Below are positions 13,701 to 22,671 of a stretch of DNA of 64,000 bases, one piece after another. The stretch is from Balanoglossus misakiensis (lineage: Eukaryota; Animalia; Hemichordata), in NCBI GenBank assembly GCA_040954595.2, contig CM082576.2, forward strand, positions 372,001 to 436,000, read 5' to 3'. A model generated the notes under the pieces. That model saw nothing but the letters and a program-made list of their open reading frames with translations, did no database searches and was not told the origin of the DNA. The position numbers and the translations under genes were made by a program. How positions within the stretch are numbered: position 1 is the first letter of the stretch; every line of letters starts with the position of its first letter.

Positions 13701-16700
13701 GCATGAGAATGTCCTCCCCAAAAATGCCTAGCTGCGCGAAATCTCGCAGGGTCTCGTGGAGTCCGGAAAATAGTCTGTTCCTCTCATCATTCAACATGCT
13801 TTGCGATGAACGTATTCAGCAAAGCGATTCACAAGCAAATACCAGCGGTTTGGTCAAAATTTTAAATTCAAAATATGTATGTACCGAGCGTGCCATGTCA
13901 AAGCCATTGTATCTCGATCATTTACCTCGCAACCGGTCATGCCCTGGCGAAACTGCCGCGGGCCAACATTTGTTAACGAGAAAATCATCAGGGTTAAATA
14001 AAACTACTCCAACCACCACAACCGGAGGATAATCACGTCATTAAGCGCTGAGCTTCGAGAGCCACGAATAGGTATGTGGTAATATTGGACCAATTAGGGA
14101 AGGTACATAAATTACGGTGGGGAGGTTTACTGGGAGAACATGTCTTTCCCTTGTATTTTTAATTGTCCCTTCGGCGGGAGTACATGTACAAGAATTCATG
14201 TAAAAGCCGAGAGAAACGTAGTACGTAGGCCTACACCCTGTGAAAAAGTTAAGTCCAAAACAAAACATCTTTGCGAACATTATAGCAAGTTTTATGTTGT
14301 AATGTAAAACTTTAATCAAATATGTACATTTGGTATTAAATGCCATGACACGGCTACTTGTCTTTTAGTATCAATCATAAAACATATCTTCATGAGACAA
14401 TATCTGCGTAAGATGGCGTCAGCAAAAACTCTATTACAGTGCCAGATGTTTCGAGATGTCCCACACGCCAAGTCAGCTTACATATTTCTCTTTCTATTTG
14501 TTCCCATAGCAGACCACCTGAGAGTTTAAACTTTATATTCGCAAAATCTAGTTCCACTGTCGCCGATTTAATACAGACCGGTTGCACTGAAAGGCAGTAA
14601 TGAGTTTCGGAAAATGTATTGCTAACTGTCACATTTCCATTATTGTTCAAACCACGTTAGCACAATTCGTCCGTAATACTGTTGTAACACTGTGATTTTG
14701 AATTTGACATGTTTCTCTTTAAAGCTCCAGTAATTCCAATTTCGGGTTATTTTCTCGGTAATTTTGAATTCAAAAATTGTTCAGTATTTTTATTGTTATA
14801 CACCCAGGCATGGTTCAAGTTGACGAATTACAGACACGAGTGACTGAAGGTAAACACGCATGGTAACGAGTTAAAATTTTGCTGCGGTTAGATACAAATA
14901 TTTCTGTGAGGTTATACAAATCTTGATATTTTGTTACAATCAGTTATATTAGGCTTGAATTAAATGTTCAGGGTTATGATGACAGAGCTTGTTTTCATAT
15001 AAGTACCACATTTTCTCTTATTTCTCCTCTCGAGTGAGTGAGTGAGTGAGTGAGTGAGTGAGTGAGTGAGTGAGTGAGTGAGTGAGTGAGTGAGTGAGTG
15101 AGTGAGTGAGTGAGTGAGTGAGTGAGTGAGTGAGTGAGTGAGTGAGTGAGTGAGTGACTGACTGACTGACTGACTGACTGACTGACTGAACATTGATACT
15201 ATTGCTGACATGCATTACATTTTCTTTATCTCAACAGGTCTCCCAGCACACGCATCCAGATTATCCAGATTGTTAAAATTTCACACCATGTCCAAGTTCT
15301 TTCAGACCACAGATAGGTAGCATATCCTTGTAATTCATGTAATTAGTAAGTAACGCTAGTTGTAGCGGTTGACCTCGAGGAAGAGAATAATGAGAAATTG
15401 ATTTGTTTCATTTCAATATTTTAAATGTAGTTCAATAAGTAGTGACGTTAACGCTGACATCTTCATCAATTGTCTGCTTCGTTTTATTATTCTGCGTCGG
15501 TATGATTTACCTCGGAGAATGTCTATACATTTTTGACAGCATACGACAGAAAACCTTTGTGCACACAACCATTGAAGGACGCTGAGGAGATGAACAAAAG
15601 TAACAGTCCCTTCAGTTAGAACAGTCATACACGTGGTTTCCTTGGCATGCGGAAATGACGAAAGTAATTTCCGTAAACATGGTTCCAATCGCGATTAACG
15701 CATTTCCCTTTTTTGCAGTCGCACAAATAATCCTAATACTGTCCGCGCATTCAAGCTTTCCCTTTATCTGGGAGTTATAATCCATTGGATTGGCTGTTTT
15801 TATTATATGATTTCAGAGGTAAAGCGTTTACTACCATATTTAATTAAACAGATTCCTGATTTTCTTTTGTTCTTTTTTCGTATTTTGTAATAAGGGTAAT
15901 ATATGCGTAACTACAAATGGCCCAGTCGTTGACTTTTCGATATCTCAATGTCTTGTTAACAACAACGATACTGTCGCTAGATTACATTATCGCCTAGCAC
16001 CACCTAGCGGCTTTAATGACAATTGTGCCAAACGTGCGTCATTGTGTTTATCAAATCTTACAGCCAAGGTCGGGAAATATCCCACGTTTAATCTTGTTTA
16101 CAGTACATTTCATTTCTCATGTCTGACGTTTCCCGATCTAAATGTTACCGTATGACTAATTTTGAGTAGTACATAATTGATTTCTCCCACAATTTCTTAG
16201 TAGAGTCTTTCTATTTATTCCTATTCATTCATTGCCATTAATATTTCTTATTCTAAAATTGTTGTGATTGTTCAATAGCATGAAGGTTTTGGAAGCAATG
16301 ATTGGGTTTATCCTGCCTCCAAGGAACACCAGTCTTTTACATGGTAAGTGATTAAGTGTAGATAGGCATATTTTGCTGTTTTAAGCCCTTGTGTTCGCAT
16401 ACATGGATGTATGTTTTACAGATGTCTATAATGTATCATCGATAGGTCAAGAATAGCTTATGAGATTTAAACCATATGTTGTGGATATGTACTGTTATGT
16501 CAGTCCCGTTGTTGAGGGCGTTGATCATGTGTCAGTCCCGTTGTTGAGGGCGTTGATGTGTTAGTCCAGGTGTTGACCTGTTGAGGGCGTTGGAACGGTG
16601 TCTCATTCAGTTATGAGGAAACCTTTGTTTGCAAACGTAATACCAGTGTATTCCAAAATATTGTGCTATACATGTATTAACATTATAATTGTTATACAAG

Positions 16701-19700
16701 TGAAAATGATCAAAGTGGGTAATTCCGTTAAATTTCGTCAATGCGAACAAATTTTGTTATTAGTGAATTTCAAAGTTTGCAGTTCAATTAAACAGAACGT
16801 GCATAGACTATAAATTTTGCAATAAATGAATTTCATTCATTATTTGGTTCAAACGATCTTTAACAGAAAGACCATGTACGAATTCATCAATTGTCATTTT
16901 GTGAAACGGAGTTATTTAACTAAAGCATGCCAGCGAAGCCCAGAAAAATGCATTGTCTGTGGCGTTGATCTAGGTTTTTAATCATTAAATTAACGGTAAC
17001 ACGCATTTCATTTAGAACTATTTCATCTCTTGGTAATGTTTTAATTTCAGCAAATACATCCGTTCATTTTATTGGTCCCTGGTTACCTTGACAACCATTG
17101 GCGGAACATCGAATCCAGAAACGAATATGGTAAGTGTATGACGCTTTGGGAAATAAACTCAACACAAATCCGAATTTCACCGTCGTTTTGCCATTTTATG
17201 GTTTCTTGTTGCAATTATACGATGCATTACTTCCTGAATTGTCTTATAATAAAATCTTACCTCGCGCATTTTATTTCATCTTCCAGGAATATATGTTTAC
17301 AGGCGTAACGTTTCTGATAGGTGTTTTCGTGTTTGCTGCAGTGGTGGGAAACGTTGGTGACGTCATCAGCAATATGAATGCTGCAAGGGCGGAATTCCAA
17401 TCTAGGTAAACACGTCATAACAATTATTATGACATTCTGTGATATTTGCACAGCAATAGAAATAAGTGCCTGTACCTACGCATGGACCCTTTTCTTCCAA
17501 ATATCTCCGAATGATTTTCAACGTTGTTTAAGATGGTTTTGTTGTTGAAGTTATTTTTATGTTCCGATTGTTAGCTATTGGTAACTATGGTAGCGGGAGA
17601 GTGAGTGTATTAAATGAAGACCACTAAATATTCTCACTCAAACCCACCAAAATATTCTTTCTTGTACACCACATCTGATCTGAAACTTAGTTTAAATATT
17701 TTTTTAATTATTGTGTCCTCACAATTAACCAATCCCGTAAAGTGGTTTCTTTTTATGTTATGCTGTGCTTTGGAAAGTCATGTGACCAACTCAAAACAGT
17801 CTGTCAGGGTCTGACTTTCCCAAAACAACAAATTGATGTAATCTAAGATCCTACTAGCTGAAACGCCAAACATCCAGAATATACAACGTCAATTTACGTC
17901 ATGCTCACAGTACAAATTTCGAAGCAAGCAAATCCCACGCTACAAAATTACTTGATAATATGAATAGCGATCTAGATTTAATAGTGTTATCATGATGAAA
18001 ATCGAGATAAAACGTCAGTTTATCGACTAAAATGCTTCTTGTTGAAAATAATTCGATCGGACCATGCCAGTTGACGTTATGGTTACTTGCAATCTTCAGT
18101 AATGATTTTCGCTGAGAGCATTTTGCAGAAAAAATTACCATCATTATAACAGCCAAAAGTATCAAATATACAGGCCTGAAGGAATGCTTCAATCCACTGC
18201 TTTCAGAAAGATAAGAACCTAATTTATAAAATTGGACTGAAATTTCACAAAAAGAATTTGGTTTCATTTTGAAATTTTAATTTACTCAAAAATAGTTTTA
18301 TCGGATCGGCCAGATTAAAATCATTTTCCTGATATAAGATGATTTTTTTCAGAATGGACGCTATCAAAGTATATATGAATCACAGAAAAGTGCCTGAACA
18401 TTTACAAAATAGAGTAAAGAAATGGTCTGATTATTCCTGGCATCGGTACGTCTTTCTTCTTTTCTACTTAATCTGCATCTACACAAAACGAAATCTTACA
18501 TTTGGGTTTTCTTTTCAATAACACATGGACATACACAGCAAAAGTTATTTATGACATTGCTAAAACCCTTACAGTTTATCACGCTGTGACAAAGAACAAT
18601 GAATAGGTTACCGAAAGTCAAAATGACAAACATTAACAAACTAAAATACACAGCTGCCTTTATCAGACAAACAGGTAGATGAGCAAATCGAAATGAATTA
18701 CTTTCCTGAAAAGACACAAGCTTATAATTATTCACTTGTGAACAACTTCTTTTTTCTCATCCGACAGAACACAAATGATAGACGAATCAAGCCTTCTTGA
18801 AATGCTTCCAGAAAGACTACGAGCAGAAATAGCTATCCATGTTCACCTTGAAACGTTGAAAAAGGTTTGTATATGCTTTAACAACCACATACATACACAC
18901 ACACACACATACAGTCAATTGATAGATCGGTTATTCGCATACTGTAGACTTATGATTTATTGTTGGTTCGTATAGGTAAACATCTTCGAAGGCTGTGAAC
19001 AAGGCCTGTTGTGTGAATTAGTTTTAAAATTGAAGTCTCTAATTTATTCACCGGGAGACTATATATGCAGAACTGGTGAAATAGGTAAGTAGGCCTATGT
19101 TATCATAGCATAATTTAATTCATCTGTCCATGCATACACCCACATTTTAGTTTTCGTATTTAGGGATTACCTATTATGCAATTATTTGAAAGGTTAAATT
19201 AGTTGTAAAGAAACTGCACATTTGATTTTTCAGCAATGTTTAACTTTTTATTTAACTTTCAAATCCAGGAAGAGAAATGTATATAATAAACCATGGCAAA
19301 GTTGAGGTAAGGTTCATTCGGATTTTAAGTGTTTTATGTGTTATGCTGTACGTGGTTTTTGTTATTGTTACACCTCCGCTTAAAGTCTCGTCAGGGTTGC
19401 AAATTCAAGTCTTATTTTTGACTATAAGACGTAGCCAATTTTAGTCAGTACGCTTTTCTTAAACCACAGAAAACAACAAACCTACCGTGGCAAAACCGAG
19501 GCCGCGGATGCACCATTTTGAATACATATTCCTGTTCATTTGAATTGTGTGCAATTGATGCGATTCGTATATTGAGTTACGTGAGTCACGTAACCGTCCA
19601 GATATCAATGCAAACTACCGACCTCTGTAAGTAATATCCGCTTTCAACTCAGACGATGATTTTGTTGTCTTCTGAAGGTGGTCATTACTGATGAAGCAAC

Positions 19701-22671
19701 AGGAAATAAGATGGTTGTAGCCACCATGAATGAAGGAAACTACTTCGGTGAAATCAGTCTGCTGAAACTCGACGCCGGTTGTAACAAGTATGTATGAGTG
19801 CATGTATTATTTACCTTACAAACGCACGAATTTGGACAATGAGAAGTAACGATAACACATACGTGTCATAAGTCAAATTGATGATTAATACCTCAATTAC
19901 TTTTTCGTGATGTAAAACACAATCTTCGGTAATTATTTTTGTTTTTCATTTATGCCGAGAGTCAATGTTCTGTTTTGTCTGATATTCACAGGCGCACAGC
20001 AGATGTACGTTCCGTTGGTTATTCTGAGCTCTTGGTGCTGTCCAGAAAGGACCTGATGGGTGTAAGTAGAACCAGTGATGTGTCTCAGACAAGAAGACTA
20101 GATATAATTATTTCATTCACTCAGGGAATGTCTATAGCATCTTACGGCAGAACGCCTCTCAAAAAGTGAAACTCTCTCTCACACTTTAGCGATTTACACA
20201 AATAAACATAAAATCAAGACATATTATACTATAAGATGAGATAACCACGGAATCCTACTTTTGACAATATAATTGACATTCAAAGTTAATCTTTAAAAAA
20301 ATGGTAAATGGTACTTCTTCGTACATTTTAAAACGACACTATACAGCTGAAAGTTTTTCCCCACCTTATTTTTCTTGCAACAGGCGTTGGTCGAGTACCC
20401 GGATGCAAAAAAGGTCTTAGAAGCCCAAGGAAGAGCCAGGTAATTTAAACGAAATCACTCTTCATAATGTGGGTCTACAATAATACCACTCATAATCAAT
20501 CAATATTTCCGTTCTATAACATTTTTTATTCACGGTCACCTTCATCACTCGGCTTAAGGAAAAATTCTAAACAAACTTTTTTGACAGAAATGTCATTATG
20601 TGCATTTTCTGTTTCGCAACGAATAAGGACAAGCATTTTAATTTTATCTTTAATTCGTTTCGATAACGCAGGATGGAACGAAGTAAAGAGGTCAGGTGAG
20701 CGTCATCTCAGTTATTTTTAGAATAGACGTATTAGTTGGCATTCCATCATTATGGTATGATTGCCATACTTTGCCGGACAAAATATGGATGGGCGATCCA
20801 AAGTACTCCAAATAGACCCACGACGAAGTGGGTTACCTTTGTACCGTGGGCGATATCGACGTGCGTGTGTAGGTTTCAAACCTTGTCGATATCGGCCACG
20901 GTACCTTTGTCATCATTTCTTGTCAGGAAAACACAATCGGAAGAAAACGCAGAAGAAGCGCTAAGAATGGCCGATGAAGTCAGCAAAACGACGCCGGCTG
21001 CGACCATTCGACAACAGAAAGGATCTCCATATAGCATAATGAGACACGAGGATGCCAAGCAACTTTTTGAAGCAAAAGGTGGGAGATACTGATTTAACCA
21101 GAGAGAAGACTCTGGTTTTGTCACAGTTGTATTGATTACACTAATCGTTAATAAAATATGTTGCCGATAATGCCATCATTTGTGACCGACGCGCACGTTG
21201 AGTCCATGCAAATGAGGCGATAACATTCTGGTCCAATCATGGTGAGATTATGTCAAGATTTGTTTAAAAGGATAATGTCATCTATTACAGCTAAAGAACT
21301 CAATGATGTCCTTCAACTAATTCACTCTATCAAGAATGAAGAAACCGCTGTAAGTTCAGTTAGATATAAACACTAGCGTTGTTGTATTATCATTTAATAA
21401 AACTGTTATTGTGTATAACACTTCAGGGGTGAAGACACCACGGGGATGAGAACACAGCTACAAAACGTTCTGCTCTCTGTGTTAGCGATGTCTGACAGCA
21501 CATAGAGTATAAATTTGATCAATGTAGCATGATGCGGGGGGGTGATTTTGTTTTCCAGCACCATGACTGTTCAACCACAAGAAATATTTTGGAATATTAA
21601 ACTTTTGTCACATTCCTGGCAGATATGTGAGATCGACAGTGTGAGATAAAAAAAATCGATCGATCTCACATTCTCGCATACTTCTGTTCAAAGTGTTGAA
21701 TGTCACGAGCGCCGATTGTCTCACTGACAGAAGCTGCATATGCCAACTCATGTGAGAAATCCCATCCTCCGGTCATTGGGATGTGCGATTTTAGTATTCC
21801 TATTACAGTGTCAGTGTCCGATGGAACGGCACATTTGCATATTTCAATTGGTTTATTTCAGGCAACCATGCAACGAATAAATCGTCTTGCAGAAAGGGTA
21901 AGGAGATTTTTACTTTTATTCAGCTGTTTACTGTCTACTATTTACTCAAATAAACATGGAATATTTGTTTGGTGGGTCTAAGTCATTATTTAAAAAAAAA
22001 CCATTTAATTATATAAAATGCTAAAGCTGTAACACATTTTTCGGCAATGATAATACCACAGCTGCTATTTGGTTGTTTCTCCATAGGTGGATCAACTCAA
22101 AACTCAGCTCAGGTACAGGGATATTGAACTGCGCACAGCCTTGCGCAGAATTCTCCAACTTGAGAAACTTTTGGAATCGGAATCGGCTTCAGATCAAGAC
22201 AACAGACAACGAAACCTATCGATATCTAGTGATGATTCTTTAACTATGGGACGATTTGCCAACTTTGATGGTTCTACCGACCGCGGCCGTACCCCGATGA
22301 AAGACCATAACTACCTCCACATCGGGGGACGAGAGCGTTCACGATCACGAGAACGACAGGGTCGGCGGCAGTTATCGTCTCAGGTCAAAGTTCCTGGCAT
22401 CTGCGTAAATGGTGTTTTAGAACAGGAACCGACCAATGTGGCAATGACCAGGAACCTATCAGACTCATCGCGACCTTCAACCCCGGAAACACCCGGTAAC
22501 CTAGGAAATGGGACAAGTTTTGTGTATTTCCAAGGACCAATAATACCGGATCAGGATACTTTCTATTCAAATTACTTAACTGGAAAATCAATGCGTCGTG
22601 CAAGCGACAGTTCAAATTATACAAGTGATTTCACGAGCGAATATGATGACAGTGATATGGATTTTAGGTAG
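1581..22671 (+). CDS. CNG-1: cyclic nucleotide-gated cation channel subunit (CNGA-like architecture, TIGG filter), spliced, ~936 aa
   Basis: Manual exon chain, all GT-AG with continuous frame: 1581-1781, 8149-8174, 8569-8878, 9105-9173, 10371-10448, 11008-11115, 13269-13374, 14808-14849, 15238-15316, 15719-15818, 16279-16343, 17051-17129, 17287-17405, 18353-18445, 18768-18864, 18976-19084, 19269-19306, 19678-19787, 19992-20061, 20384-20439, 20672-20695, 20927-21078, 21291-21349, 21862-21897, 22087-22671. CNG motifs: YYWM, RLSRLLK (S4), [79 protein letters not shown]. The first exon is the least certain part. Confidence 0.93.
7687..7761 (+). CDS. CNG-1 possible alternative 5' coding exon ([10 protein letters not shown]...FPIE)
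   Basis: ATG at 7687, 25 open codons, GTGAGG donor in phase 0 compatible with the 8149 exon; T-rich tract and AG upstream. Confidence 0.3.
8149..8174 (+). CDS. CNG-1 26-nt exon (ERNKIAKP)
   Basis: Strong tttttgtttttctttcag acceptor and GTAAGT donor; phase 2 end matches the next exon. Confidence 0.75.
8569..8878 (+). CDS. CNG-1 acidic N-terminal exon
   Basis: ctgacag acceptor, acidic [12 protein letters not shown]...LPGSK, GTAACA donor. Confidence 0.85.
9105..9173 (+). CDS. CNG-1 pre-S1 exon ([14 protein letters not shown])
   Basis: CNG pre-S1 motif, AG/GTAAGT. Confidence 0.92.
10371..10448 (+). CDS. CNG-1 S1 exon ([20 protein letters not shown])
   Basis: 78 nt, same length as paralog exon 41852-41929. 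Confidence 0.92.
11008..11115 (+). CDS. CNG-1 S2 exon ([24 protein letters not shown])
   Basis: 108 nt, CNG S2 motif, same length as paralog exon. Confidence 0.93.
13269..13374 (+). CDS. CNG-1 S2-S3 exon ([11 protein letters not shown]...DVLAVVP)
   Basis: 106 nt, same length and phase as paralog exon 45312-45417. Confidence 0.9.
14808..14849 (+). CDS. CNG-1 42-nt symmetric exon in the S3-S4 linker ([13 protein letters not shown])
   Basis: CAG acceptor, AAG/GTAAAC donor, phase 1-1, open frame; positional counterpart in the paralog. Confidence 0.6.
15032..15187 (+). repeat. Compound microsatellite (GAGT)31(GACT)8
   Basis: Directly visible. Confidence 0.98.
15238..15316 (+). CDS. CNG-1 S4 exon ([16 protein letters not shown])
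   Basis: S4 basic periodicity, AG/GT. Confidence 0.92.
15719..15818 (+). CDS. CNG-1 S5 exon (RTNNPN...[14 protein letters not shown])
   Basis: CNG S5 motif HWxxCxYY. Confidence 0.95.
16279..16343 (+). CDS. CNG-1 turret exon ([11 protein letters not shown])
   Basis: GFGxxxWVYP motif. Confidence 0.95.
16498..16592 (+). repeat. Short tandem repeat, 28-bp unit x2 plus a partial copy
   Basis: tgtcagtcccgttgttgagggcgttgat at 16498 and 16530, partial copy near 16579. Confidence 0.9.
17051..17129 (+). CDS. CNG-1 pore exon ([22 protein letters not shown])
   Basis: Pore helix and filter, AG/GTAAGT. Confidence 0.95.
17287..17405 (+). CDS. CNG-1 S6 exon
   Basis: EYMF...[23 protein letters not shown]. 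Confidence 0.96.
18353..18445 (+). CDS. CNG-1 C-linker exon
   Basis: [29 protein letters not shown]. Confidence 0.96.
18768..18864 (+). CDS. CNG-1 C-linker exon
   Basis: [23 protein letters not shown]. Confidence 0.96.
18976..19084 (+). CDS. CNG-1 CNBD exon
   Basis: [19 protein letters not shown]...[11 protein letters not shown]. Confidence 0.96.
19269..19306 (+). CDS. CNG-1 CNBD exon ([13 protein letters not shown])
   Basis: 38 nt, continues the frame. Confidence 0.94.
19678..19787 (+). CDS. CNG-1 CNBD exon ([10 protein letters not shown])
   Basis: Start of the phosphate-binding cassette. Confidence 0.95.
19992..20061 (+). CDS. CNG-1 CNBD exon ([21 protein letters not shown])
   Basis: RTA motif and B-helix. 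Confidence 0.95.
20384..20439 (+). CDS. CNG-1 C-helix exon ([18 protein letters not shown])
   Basis: YPDAK motif. Confidence 0.93.
20672..20695 (+). CDS. CNG-1 24-nt microexon (RMERSKEV)
   Basis: cgcag acceptor, CAG/GTGAGC donor; homologous to RMEKNKEA of the paralog. Confidence 0.85.
20927..21078 (+). CDS. CNG-1 post-CNBD exon
   Basis: tttcttgtcag acceptor, open frame [10 protein letters not shown]...FEAK, phases match paralog exon 57377-57531. Confidence 0.82.
21291..21349 (+). CDS. CNG-1 coiled-coil exon ([19 protein letters not shown])
   Basis: AG/GTAAGT, similar to paralog [14 protein letters not shown]. Confidence 0.82.
21862..21897 (+). CDS. CNG-1 36-nt coiled-coil exon ([12 protein letters not shown])
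   Basis: tttcag/GTAAGG; same length as paralog exon 57915-57950. Confidence 0.85.
22087..22671 (+). CDS. CNG-1 last coding exon (end of leucine zipper plus disordered tail)
   Basis: 194-codon [29 protein letters not shown]..., TAG at 22669-22671. Confidence 0.9.
   Translation: MDQLKTQLRYRDIELRTALRRILQLEKLLESESASDQDNRQRNLSISSDDSLTMGRFANFDGSTDRGRTPMKDHNYLHIGGRERSRSRERQGRRQLSSQVKVPGICVNGVLEQEPTNVAMTRNLSDSSRPSTPETPGNLGNGTSFVYFQGPIIPDQDTFYSNYLTGKSMRRASDSSNYTSDFTSEYDDSDMDFR

Noticed and set aside
14960-15215. Minus-strand ORFs with SLTH/SVSQ repeats
   Set aside because: They are translations of the (GAGT)n(GACT)n microsatellite, not genes.
16498-16592. 28-bp direct repeats superficially like a CRISPR array
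   Set aside because: Eukaryotic intron, only a 4-nt gap between copies, no spacers and no cas genes.
17051-17129. Calling CNG-1 a CNGB/TAX-2 ortholog or a K+-selective CNGK/HCN channel
   Set aside because: No GYG motif and single-repeat architecture; S6, C-linker, coiled coil and intron map are shared with the TIGE paralog rather than B-like.
21625-21671. 12-bp inverted repeat (atgtgagatcga / tcgatctcacat)
   Set aside because: Too short to call an ncRNA or element; plausible by chance or repeat decay.
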